From positions 51,380-115,379 of the IMG/VR virus record IMGVR_UViG_3300021255_000050: 64,000 bases of DNA. One strand, written 5' to 3'. The number at the start of each line of letters is the position of its first letter. Position 1 is the first letter of the stretch. This DNA comes from a virus (Duplodnaviria; Caudoviricetes). The position numbers and the translations under genes were made by a program. Below are positions 18,901-29,300 of the stretch, piece after piece. The notes under the pieces are model-generated. The model was not told the origin of the DNA and did no database searches. It saw nothing but the letters and a program-made list of their open reading frames with translations.

Positions 18901-19128
18901 GTAAACTCGTATGAGGTAATCAGCCTTCAGGTATTCACAGCGGAAGTTCTCAACGTTCTGGCCACTGTCATCTATCATTGTGTCTGGCAAAGTGAAGCTT
19001 AGAGTCTTTGCACCATTTCGCTGGAATGTGATGACAACATCTGCAGCACCGCCGGAAAGCTCGTTCTCGCTGGAGTAAAGCGGGCAGACGAGGGTATTCG
19101 AATAATCGAATATGTCGATTGAAACCAT
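12952..19128 (-). CDS. large tail-tip/spike protein (Tal-like, with carbohydrate-binding-like modules)
   Basis: N-terminal prophage tail domain (YGKNVK.I.K....ENL.TRLYAYG), W.WRT..TG.GI.AD.I..G, KLE.G...T modules; follows Dit. Confidence 0.8.
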   Translation of the reverse strand: MVSIDIFDYSNTLVCPLYSSENELSGGAADVVITFQRNGAKTLSFTLPDTMIDDSGQNVENFRCEYLKADYLIRVYDSDCRLDGDDTDFFIISEPKIVHQNMSATRTVTCDHVSALLKTKNLGLVFSDTEGNNVGKAEEILKTILEGTNWSIRTIDGELDVDTFFEKHRYIDYNDPESVDKNIKRRTLVASERTGAFNLISKLCDLFEARAIYHGKDRTVSMHLMNPFSKEDNVKTIASKADTIYELHYGKNVKTITKTLNTENLTTRLYAYGAYGDYVNGYCNIDEVSHNEWAFDIGIDLVEGSEYTFETMDNMYIKRRRYFTAPFDISSGTRLLWSELDPASMMYIWVESKNTAIKVYEKQQSMVATDISTPVARIEKQNYFPCLMDFSYYDEIGLFKDEHLQQLAKYQRESPDALKLVDDRTTKMAEDNVILYETIGANDFVKLAGPDDKGKNGPTFSFTRKVYFDIPKNYLTIDFTGLDYTSEYMKKEKDWFTWRPVTDGFKKDGSPLNAEASCVYIIRPVSAELMTHECYYIMEGDRKSGQIIVSCTDEVHDLNYFNGSRVYVFSRLSTNGYLGAIEIALKGIVQTMESETKYVRTTHPVHILNESKPDPDKASGTDAYAWAWRYRYTDGKEMRSLKFSLASLYNGEWYPVMWGRIMPENRPGTWFYNWATKKLYFSYPEEHTTEEGIPLYGYWVEINDIDSNSSISSMVNSFAVVIKNCLEYNAKMFGIYEKYQYKVNMSFNYETPAMIKGNYAWLSPDDDYFLFETEKEINNGTVLTFDTKTLLTSHDNLDNPYTTHKVGFDSVTYMPVNAAIGKPVTQDTWLNDGREEPTTLYSTSGFIPVYNDAAYIVNASTGYVALYDQFNNYIETHIFSSGIFDTRCEKPNKKTMYVRLVIMNSMMSDLSNLSVTIDGFINQKIKASYEEQLPQPSWAPSYAVRSQHVNLAYDLETIEWEGHYCTNGIPVSFGHMYCINHGTYNISFYDADENLVGSYNPNYPTSMYSYFNVPYGATHCTVCRLTNSPLDVHLSGPDRIFALEDELYEVLAEPYITDGIEKNIKKGLIPLLTTFAETADTVYIDDYNAVKEAQAVVDDKLQKFVDATGYMYREGWMQKNDYVDGDEQKLYDDGLETLREIAWPEEKYDISFINTDAVPNWNDVINPVITAASAIHIIDDDIGISKWAFVDKLAWCVDQPWKTQLQVNTNLSTITSHTFADVMQHIAEVSNTMSGKDALYKRAAYLNNYGEYLADNLEGQISLDKVKLTGVASTLTQDDNGNFVLEAVDGSSAIIISSAGIGVATSRNEDGDWNWRTCTTGEGISADLITSGTLRASLIQAGLITTEMLAAPVGSELNVYSNKSVRLVADEQIFDKGFSNGVNLMRAAANGWYSTNQTIDLNYIEVPKERSTDKIVFRVNLKTTSSQARADLIIIDDGKQTTVQGNVIDVGNREGGWSSATATLASTVEMVIARITIIDGRNDRVDYSSPKVELGKIPTLFTFNPDDTETDTVGLSRAVLEVNPRFISQSVTSETIYSNHENLYSEMFDGTNLISKNRFHGFTVPADTTLGFTTISHATYEGDYVVSFLAKSEEAGSLFVAMCNKASMQSLPGQPFELRMEAGYLYRVVYHTSFEGIPEEPVCIFTSEKAVTISNFMVEHSLIASAWCASADSNTKNGENLLINGGFTYYVDGPVPHYEATSDNVKCIVDENGSGVIDDTSGWSKQGYIFDQSKLFGFVIGEKINNDISWDTGELQESGVKKDLINLSDYVDKSVNTLVIAYTATETGVILQDPCINAVHTPIAVEPGAYYSLSMYVSGLGLSSILVNIQVADGEYINKSITEITQGDSLEKYVRIDIPFEAVSDTVQIFIHGFINMSDPIVPPPVLFVANCKLEYGMYSTDYSSSPLDDGMTGDTIANLLKRVSKAEIKIEDDAIIQTVTRSDTYKNGMTEIAKSISKLEADRLYTEFRTQGLDERLTWFVQNQDGLSIGKSDSKTTMQLSNSKLSFLNNATEVAYIGESGMMVSKASFTNSFNLGTSTPLTVFLCSDGGINFGWSQ

Positions 19129-19143
19129 GCTGCCATCACCTCC

Positions 19144-20289
19144 TTAATTGAATGTGGGTTTGTATTCGAACTGAACAGAACCATTGATCATCCTTACATC
19201 GGGATCAATGTTGATTATGTTAGCACCTGAATAAATAACACCAGTGCCGCCTGTGGCGAAGCTCGTGCCGGACGTCTGGAAGGTTAGCTCGATTGTGTTA
19301 ACATCATACTTGAAACCTTGAATAAGATATCTGCTGGTAGGATTAAGAGCAAAATACTTATGATAGAGATCAACACCAGCCAGCCGTTTCTCAGGATCAT
19401 TAACGTATATCTTATGCGGGTTGTTAATATCCCTCAGGTATTCACAGGTGAAAGCAAAATCAGCAGGCGCAAGCTGTATAAATCCATAGTCATGGTAAAC
19501 ATAGTTAGCGGTCTTCGTGCCAGATCCGTCATCAAAATAGCAGTTGCCATTCTTGCTGTTGCAAACATACCATTGCGTTAGGCCGGGGCTTGCGGAAAGA
19601 CGAAGGCGTTGGCCAGTTGTCTGATTGGTGATCGTGAGCGCTCCGTTGATTTCGCTGTTGTGTTCAGCTTTGACTTTCACAGCAACGTCTGCCGTAACCG
19701 TGCCTGGGTTAAACAAAAAGAACGATTGGCCGTTGTTATGCTGCAGATTCAAACCGGTGTACTTAACAGGGAAGAACGAGATAGTGTTATGCATCATGCT
19801 GGAATTATTCTTCATGTCGTTATAAAACTTATCTGAAGTATTCGGCAAATCCAACTGGCTGCACAAACCATACGGATAATACGCTCTTGCTGTGATAATA
19901 ACGAAGCCGCCCTTCGTCCCTCGAATCTGCGAAGCGTCCACATTGACGATCGTCGCATCATAATATATCCAAGGCCGGTTCGAGAAAGTGAGCTGGCCTG
20001 TAGTTCCGACTTCAAACACACGATACAGCTGCGTGAAGAAACCATTCATCACATCGAACTCTTCTGTATCCTCGCACTTCTGTGCATAAAAACAGCGCAG
20101 CACGAAGTCCTTCCACTTGCACGAGGCACCAAAGAAGTAGCCGCCATGGTGACCTTCGAACTGCTGCTCATGAATGTTACGGGTTGTAGGAGACCATACG
20201 TACATGTCTTTATTATCGGGCGCGTATGTGAGGCCCAGAGACTCGCACGAGACTCCATTGAAGGTGAAACTTGTGATCATATGGACCAC
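19144..20289 (-). CDS. distal tail protein (Dit)
   Basis: SFTFNGVSC..LGL N-terminus, G.L.FS..P..YY, PY motifs; between TMP and Tal. Confidence 0.78.
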   Translation of the reverse strand: MVHMITSFTFNGVSCESLGLTYAPDNKDMYVWSPTTRNIHEQQFEGHHGGYFFGASCKWKDFVLRCFYAQKCEDTEEFDVMNGFFTQLYRVFEVGTTGQLTFSNRPWIYYDATIVNVDASQIRGTKGGFVIITARAYYPYGLCSQLDLPNTSDKFYNDMKNNSSMMHNTISFFPVKYTGLNLQHNNGQSFFLFNPGTVTADVAVKVKAEHNSEINGALTITNQTTGQRLRLSASPGLTQWYVCNSKNGNCYFDDGSGTKTANYVYHDYGFIQLAPADFAFTCEYLRDINNPHKIYVNDPEKRLAGVDLYHKYFALNPTSRYLIQGFKYDVNTIELTFQTSGTSFATGGTGVIYSGANIINIDPDVRMINGSVQFEYKPTFN

Positions 20290-20317
20290 TCTCCTTTATC
20301 ATTATAACACAAATATA

Positions 20318-20351
20318 AAGTATAGAGGAGGCGTGAACCTCCTCTATACTT
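20318..20351 (-). terminator. hairpin/terminator after the tape measure gene
   Basis: AAGTATAGAGGAGG/CCTCCTCTATACTT inverted repeat. Confidence 0.6.
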
Positions 20352-20355
20352 GCAA

Positions 20356-23300
20356 TTACCAGCTAAGTCTTGTAGTTGCGATGCCTTGACCTGAGATCTG
20401 CTTTACAAATTCCTGGCCGACCTTCTCGGCGAGTTCCTGAAGATCGAGGTTGTCATTCAGTTGGTTCGTGCTTACGTGAATGTCGCCGACGGTAACGGTT
20501 GGCTTACCTGTCAGCATATCGGAGCGGAACGCGGTCGAGAACATGGGGACGCTCACGCGAGAGAACGCGCTGATCATCTTGCGCATGTCAGCCATAACGC
20601 CGCTGTCGAGCAAGCCACGAATCATTTCGCGGTCATCGCTGTTAAGGAAAGCTTCGGGCTTGGACTTAGTGCCGTCAACCCATGCCGGGCCGGTGTAATC
20701 TACGAGGCCGCCACTCTTGTATTCTGAAACATTGATCTTGTTCTTTAATGCTTGCGCATAACCATGTACCATTCTTACTGTTGTTGCTACATCACCATAT
20801 CGCTGTGGGTTTGCATTAACAAAAGACGCGGCCAATTCATCCAGCATAGCTTCGGCAGCCGCTCTTGCTTCTTTTTCCGTTCGGAAACCTTGAAGGGTTC
20901 GTCCCTGGAATCCATGCGCCGTTTCCCATCCAGCTTGATATCTCTTTATTGTTGCAATTTTCTCGTCGCTGTTAGCATTTTTGTTTGCACCACTGTTGGT
21001 ATTGCCACCGGTGTTGCCGCCGCCATTACCGCCACCGCTGCCATCGCCGCCGTTGTAATTAGCAAAGTTCTCGTCGCTGTGGAAATATGTAGCCATATCT
21101 TGCATTGCTGCAATCCATGCATCATATGAACCAGAGCCGGCATCTACATCGAGCCACTGATAAAGAAGTTGCTTACGCTTGTCGTCACTGGCTGTCTGGT
21201 ATTCATCGGAGGCCATCATATAAGCTGCGAAGGATTCTCTGTCACCGAGTATGTTATGCACTTCATCCCAGTAGGTATCAAGAATGTGCAGCATCTGCTT
21301 ATAGGTATCGGTCCAACTCTGAACCATTTGTGTTTGTGCATCTTCAATACTGTAAGTGTATTCCTTTACATTTTTCTTCAGCCAATCAAAAAGCTCTGTC
21401 TGGTTAAGCTTCATAACTCCATTAACCTCTTCGGCAAAGTTATTAGCATCACGCAGCAAGCGCTCCAGATCTTCGTCACCATATGTTACGTACTGATCGT
21501 AAGCTTCGATCTCGTCGTCCATGCTCTTCTTCTGTGCTTCTACTTGTTCTTCTGCGATCTTCCAGCCGCGCTCTTCCTGCAGATCATCGATCTTCTTCTG
21601 CAGCTCCTTCACATCTTTCGTGCGGGTGCTGTCCATGCTGATAAGAGCAAGCTGCCTCTGGTATTCAGCAAGCTCTTCGGCCTTCTTGGCTTCGTTACTT
21701 GCGTCCTTCCTGCGCTGGAGTTCTTCGTCAATATACTGTTTCTTCTTTTCGAGAGCTTCCTTCTCTTTTTCAACGCCCTTCTTAATGAGCAATATGTTGG
21801 CGCAGCAGGTTGTCATCCTTGCGCCGTTATACAGTGCACTTAAATATACTGCCAGTGGAAACCGCCGGCGGTTTTGCGCAGACCACAAGCAGCTCGCCGA
21901 ACCATCTCTTTTCCGGGGAGACTTTGCGTGGCCGCTTTTGCGCTGGGATAAATAACACCGGTCTCAACACACAAGACCGGTTTCGAATTTATTTCTGCTA
22001 GCTTTTGCTTTGTTTCCTCTGAGTGGTGGAACCCTGTTTTTACTGCACTCATCTTCTTTCGGTACTCCTCTGTATGCATTGCGTTAACGATCTTCTGATG
22101 CACCTCTGGTTCCGCAAGTATCTGGCGCCGAAGCTCGATGTACTCCGGGTGTTCTTCAATGTATCGGTGCAAGCTTTCGATCCGGCGAGCTGTTACTTCG
22201 GGCGAAACCTCGCGACCACCTTCACCGCCGGCTGTCATGTTGTAGCCGTACTCCGGGTTGTTCGAATGGTAAGCTGCGATGAACCGTTGCTCTTCGCTGT
22301 TGAGCGAATCAATGCTGCAGGGTTCGAGGAGGAAAGCATCGAAAGCTTCGGGACCATACTTATTATATGCGTACTGCAGATGAGTGTTAGGGTGGGAACC
22401 GCGCTTTAGTTTACTCATGTGTTCTTTCAATCTCCTATCTACGTTTTTGGACTGGCCAATATAACACTTATTATTTACCATGTTTCGAATCATGTAGATA
22501 CCACTTTGAATGCAACCACCTGCCTTAGGTGGCACTGTATAACCCTCACACTTTCATGCGAGTTCAGACTATATCTTGTGTGCGCAGCAAAGCGCAGCAC
22601 ACCAACCGCTTCGGCAGCAATGACGGGGCGCTGCCTACTCCATATAGGATAGTCGTTGAACCTTCTTCTCAGCGGGCTTTGCAAAGTCTTATGAGAAGCT
22701 TGGCTGCTGATTGCCCGTGTACATCCGCGCCATTTTCGAGCATTCGCGTTTGCTCTCGCGAGCTGCGCTGTAGCTGGCGGGCTTTGGGGTGTTCCAGCAA
22801 TTCGATTGGTAGGGACCGTATAATCCCATTCGTCTTGGTAGCGTTGTTTAATCGCGTCGAGAACCGTCGTTTCCATTTGGACGCGAGCATCGAGCATGTC
22901 GCGCTGGATCTGGATGCGGTTCCGAATTTCCTGATCAACGAGGTCTTCGAGATCAGTATGCGTTTTGAGGATAGCTTGCTCGTTCTGTTTCATCTTCTTG
23001 GTGTTCGCGTCAATTGTATTGTTAGTTTCGTCTAACTGCTCTTCGTACTGCAGCACTTGCTCGTAAAGTTTTTGCCAGTCGTCGGAACCACGCTCTGTCG
23101 CGGCAAGCTGCTCGCGAAGCTTCGTGATCGCGTCGGCGAGGACCACGCTCTTCTCGCGCTGCAGCTCGTTCTCGTACTCGATCATATTGTTGACGTTGCC
23201 GAGCTGGCCGAGCTGTTCGTACTTGGTTTCCTGGAGTTGGGTCATCTTGATGCGGTGATCGGCAAGAGTAATTTTGTTCTTGAGGTTTTGGAGAAGCTTG

Positions 23301-26300
23301 TCGGCTGCAGATTTACCACCGCCGCCACCGCCGCCGGCTGGCTTAATACCGCCACCACCGCCGCCGAATTTTACTGAGTCTGATTTGAGTTCGGCAACAT
23401 ATTGTCCTTCAGAATTCTTTACGATATCCCAGTTAGCCTCAATGTATGCCTGAAGAGTTTGGAGTATACTCATTACGTCGTCACTGACTTGTCCTTGCAA
23501 TGCCGAAATAATCGAACCGATTCCTACGTCTTCAACAGAGCCGCCGTTAAGCATAATATGCAGAGGATTATCCAATTCGATAGTTCCAAAGTCTATTGTA
23601 TTAAGAACATCGTTAATAGCAGCAGTCGCTGTTTGTGCAAAGCCAGTAGCTACTTCTATATCAGAAGATTCAACACCTTTAAGTAGCTGCTCTACAAGAC
23701 CAGCATTTGCGGAGTCCTTAACGAACTTCTTATTATTAATACCTGTTTGCTGCATGATAGAGGAAACAACATCTTCAGATCTATTTCCTTTGCGCCACTG
23801 TTGTCTTGCCCATTGGCGTTCATTAGCTTCAAGCAGTTCTTTATTCATATTGTTAAGCGTTTGATTTACATCTTGCTGTGAACCATTAAGCCCCTGCAAG
23901 TTCTTTTTTACTGACTCTGTGTTATATCCATATTTACCCATCGTTGTATTGGCAGTATCAACAACTTTCTTTAAGTCTCTGAATGTTTTAGCAGAATCTC
24001 TGTTCTCATCATTAAGAGCAGCAAGTGCTTCTGTCCCACCATCAAACTGTTTGATCATATCGACGAGCCATGTATTATCACTCAGATATGAAGAGAAACC
24101 GGCAAGATCAAGAGATCCTGTAGAAAGCGCACCAGCAAAGTCGCCACCGGCATATCCATTGAGGGCGCCCATCATGATGCCAGCCGTTTGATCAGACCGC
24201 AGTCCTGCCATAGAGGAGTTGTTGTACAGATCATTCAGCAGCATATTGTAGGTGTTTGGATCACCAGTGAGTTGCCATGACTGAGTATTTTGATCGTATG
24301 TGTACAGCCTTGCGAAAGCTTCTGCGAGTCCGCTGCCTTCGAGGAAACTCTGGAATTGACTGCCATTTTTAATCCAGTCAGTTTCGGAAGATGTCAGCGC
24401 GTTAAGCAACGATTGAGCATCGCCAGCGCTAGTAGCCATTTCAAGCAGTGTGTTAACGCGACTATTCTGAAGTTGCTTGGCACCATAGCCAGATGAGTTA
24501 TTTACAAAGCTTGCAAAGTCGCTTTCGGTCCAGGCGTCTGTTACTAAGTTTGCACCTTGAGTAATTGCATTGGCAAGAGTTCGGAAAGTTTCTGCAATAT
24601 CTGCAGCGCCATCCATGCCAGAAGTTTTGATCATGGTTGCCATTTCATCAAGCGTTGTGGCATATCCTGAGTATGAAGTTCTCATGCTTTCACGGACTTT
24701 ATTCACGCTGTCAGCAGAAGCATCAAGCGAATCAACATCCATGTCACTCATGTCACCGAATTGTTTTGCGTATTCTTTTATCTTCTCGCTATCATACGTA
24801 CCGTACTTCGTCATATTACCAAGTTCTTTATATGCTTCAGAGAACGCAACCACATCGTCAACGATTTGGTTAACGGTACTATTGCGCTGCTTTGAAGTAC
24901 CGAAGAGACTACCATACTGATTGAGGAGATCAGCATTGAGTTCCGGGTTTTCAAGCAGCTTCTGAGTAACTTGAGCTTGGCGAAGCTCTTCGTTGATTTC
25001 GTTAATCTCGCCGGGGTTAAGTGTACCGCCAGCCATAACGCGGGCTGCGTACTTGCCCCATGTGCCGTAGTTACCGAGAGCGGCTGCGAGGCCACTGTTA
25101 GATGAGTCGAAGGTTCGGAGTGTATCAGTGTCGCCGTTGGCAAGAGCTGTCATGAACTTCATTACATCTTCATTGCCGTAAGCTGTATAAGAGTTGTAAG
25201 CATCCATGCCGTAGGCATACTGTGCGATGGTATTGAGTATACCTTGCCGGTCGCCGTTCTTAACGAGAGTCTGGAATGCTTCGTCTTCGGCGAGCGTTCT
25301 AGCGAGATCAGAATTTGCAAGGACGCCTTTTGATATGGCATCTTGATATGACATGCCAGAGTTCATAAATTTAAGAAGCTGCATTGCGTCGCGGCGCGGA
25401 TCATATGTGTTGGCTACACGCTGCGAAACTTGAGCTGCGGTTGGATTAACGCCTGGAATAAACGAAACACTATAATCATTATCAAGTCCAAGTAATTTTG
25501 CAGCTTCAGATTGTTGAACTTTAATGCCATATTTCTGTAACTGAGAAATAAAACCTTCTCTATATTCAGGTGGCAAGCTAGCCATAATGATAGGTATCAT
25601 ATTAACCAACTTGTTTTTATCTGCTGCAACGGAGCTGCCATAAGTTTTCATAAGTTCTGTGTTTGACATACCCATAATTGTGCTTGCATCAACATTGAGA
25701 TAATTTGCCAACGCATTGTAATTCGAATCACTATGGCTGCCGCCGATGATTGCATTGAAAGCGTTAATACCCATGGCTGTGGTTGTGAGGGAGCCGGCTA
25801 TAGCATTAACTCTACTTGCTGCATCAGAGCCAACATCGAGTTCTGCAATTTCTTTAAGGTTGGAAGCAATGTCACTGGTAAGCTTACCAAGCTTTACAAG
25901 GTCATCATAACCACTGACTTTTACTTTGACTTCGAAATCATGAAGAAGACCTTGACCTTCTGGAGAGGCACGCTGCTCATCAGTCATGTTGAGGTATTTG
26001 TATAGTTCTGGGTAAGCAGACTTAATTTGTTCTTCGAGAGTGTCATCCATATTTTCTGACATAGTTTTCCAATCTGTGGAGTTGAGGAGAGCTTGTGCTT
26101 GCTGTGCAATATAGGCGTTGGTAAAGATAGATTCAGTTGCAACGAGAGGATTATCCGTCGGCAATGTCCATGAACCGGAAGAAGAAACCGTTCTTCTTGT
26201 ACCTGGACTATCCATTACTACACCTTCTATTGTATCTCCGGCTTCCCAGTCAGAAGATGCAGATGACCAGTAAACGCCATGTGTTGCACTAAAGTTAAGA

Positions 26301-29300
26301 AGTTGCTGCAGAAGTGGATTGGTAGCTGCAATATCGTTTATGTTAAGTTTTTTGGTTGGATCGGCTGCATCCATAATTCCTACTATAGTATCTGCCATAC
26401 TGCTTGTGAAAGAGTCTATATTTGACTCTACAGCATTTTCGAATACCGAATAAAAGAAATCGAGATTTTGTTCAACATTAGCAACACTTGTACTAAATGC
26501 TTTGGCAAGAGTAGCTTTCATTTCCGGGGTAAGGTTATCTTTCCCTGTAGCAAGAATTTTAGACTGGTCAGCCATAGTTTGAAGAGTGCTAGATGCTGCA
26601 GAAAAATAGTCAGTTAAATTCTGACTATTAAGAGATTTTTTAAGAAGATATTCACCAAGATCTGCTGCAGAATAAATTCCATCTTCAGCACGGAGACTAT
26701 CAATGATTTTATCAAGTTCGGCATCATTTTGGAGAAGAGATGAAAGATTGGGAACTTCAATGTCAGTGAGGCTAAGAAAATCATTTATATTTGACACGTC
26801 CAAAAGAGAGTATAACTTTCTGTACTCTTCAATAAATCCTTTGTTCTTGCTTGTTTGACTAATAGATTTAGAAACGGCAGAAATAGGTGAATGTTCCTTA
26901 AGTCCAGTTATGTTATTAATAATATCTTTTCTAAAGGCATTATAGTCAATGGTTTTATCTTCTTTTATATATTTATCCAACCAAGATCCGTTTTTAGCAT
27001 ATCCTCCAGAAATGATGTATGAATGGATAGCATCAAAAATACTTTTGTCGCTGAGATCATTCAATCCTATTCCGTTTTCGCCACCGATACTATATATAAA
27101 TCCTCTAGATGTTGGATCAATAAATTTACTATAATCAAAACCGCTATTTATTATCTCTTCCAAGAATTTAAATATGTTATCTGGATTCAGCAAATCCTCT
27201 TCAGGGTATTTGCTATAATAATAATCAAGCAAAGCGCTTTCGACATCAGTATTTCCAGATGTTAGCGTCGTCCAAGAATCTGAATATCCGTTTGTTATAA
27301 CATCCTTAACATATTGTTTTATTCGATCTTTTCTAGTCAGATCGCTTGTATAGTAAAACTTGTTTAAGTAACTGTCATTGTCATAAACTTGATCGATAAA
27401 ATGCTGTGCTGCATAATAATCTTCTTGCTTTTGCCCGTCTGCATTCAAATGATTTATAACTTCATCGGCAGTTCTATATGAATGCCAAGCATCATAAGGC
27501 CTTGAAATATCGTTAGCTAAATACATTGTAAGCAATTCTTTTAATGCGTCACTTGGAGTAATTCTCGTTCCGGAAAGAATACCGGTTAATTTGCTGGCAG
27601 CAGATTCATCATAATATCTATAATCAAAATCATTTGGATCATATCCTTCGTCTTGTAACTTCTTACGCCATTTTTCAATATCTTGAACTGTTGAATTAAC
27701 TGTTACCGGAAGAACTTCCTTTGATGTTTTACCAGCCAAACTGTTAGATATTGTTTCTTTAGCTTTACTCGATTCTTCTTCTATTATTGGTTTAGCAATG
27801 CCAAGAGCATATATCAAATCGTCTTTTTTCTGCTCTTTCATAGCTTCCTTGGCTTCTTTATATAATGTAATATAATCTTCTAGGCTTGCGTTTGTAATAT
27901 CTATTGAACGACCTAATTTTGGGAAAACAGCAGATAATGAAAGAACTGAATTAGCAAGTTCAAGTGAATGCTCTGAACTGATCTCACTTAATGAATCGTA
28001 CTTTTCGGTTATTTTTTCAATAGATGAAATAGCTTTATCAACAGATTCGTATTTTTGTTTGTATTGTTCATTATTAAATTTCAACTTTTCCCTTGCATCT
28101 GAATTAGTGTCATTGTTAGGAGTTTTCGTACCACCAGATAATCCGGGTAAAATATTAAACAAAAACCCAGAACTAGCAATACCAAAAAGACTACCAATTA
28201 TACCGGCAATAGGAGCAAGAGGAGTTGCAGCAAGTCCTATAGTTGTTATAGATTTGATAAATACGCCAGTCAACAAGGACATGATTGTTTCAGCGATAGC
28301 AATTGTTTGTTTCCCTGCATTATTCAAATCAGTTAAACCCTGTATCATTTTTGTAATGTTGTCAAATATGCTAGTTATTTCATTGCTTGAACCAAGTGAT
28401 GCTATGAATTCATCAAACGTGGACTTTAAAGTATCTAACGCCGCTTGAATGCCTTTAATTGAGACTTCATATTTTGATTGAGTTGTTCCTTTTGCGTTTT
28501 CAGTCAAACCTAAATATTCATCAAGTAAGGCACCACCGTCTTCACCCATACCTTCCATAAGTGTATTGAACATATTGGCATTTCTATTACCAACCATAGC
28601 ATATGTGATATTGTTCTTTTGTAAATCGTTTAACCCGTTCCATACTTTTGCAACATCTCTTAATACATCAAAAGAACTTCTAAAAGAATCCTTGCCATCA
28701 CGCAGTGAAATGCCAGCAGTTTTCAATGCAGCTTCCACGTCATTTATATTGGTAGTTTCTCCACCTTCATCTGTAAGGTATCCTTCTTTTGTAACTCTAT
28801 TCATTCGACTAAACAAGGTTTGGAAAAATGTTCCAGCTTGATTTCCGCTCAATTGAGTCTTGCTCGTTGCGATTGTTAACATTGAAGTAAGTTCTGCATA
28901 TGAAACGCCTGCTGTCTTTGCCGACGCTGCAGCTTTCTGCATTCCTTTTTGAATCTCTTCTGCAGTTGTGGCAGCGCTATCACCCAATGCGACCAATACA
29001 TCCATAGCTTCTTCAACAGAACTAACAAGTCCTGTTTGAATAGCTGTTGTTAATCCCTTTGTGGCATTTGTAATATTTTGGCCTGTGACTGTGCTAAATT
29101 TAATAATTGCCTCAGTTCTGTCTTCCACTTCCGCATCAGACAAGCCCTGCCTATACAATGCAGCTTTTGTTTGAGTAACATTTTTCACAGAAGTATGAAG
29201 ACTCTTCGCTTGTGAAAGAGAACTAGAACGAACAATACCCATTTCCTCATCTGATTTCCCAGTGATTTGTTGAATGGTAATCATGTCTGCATTAAACTGT

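Noticed and set aside
22490-22822. Last ~110 codons of the 4776-aa ORF, and 20356..21888 as a separate gene
   Set aside because: These are intron core sequence and exon 2 of the same TMP gene.
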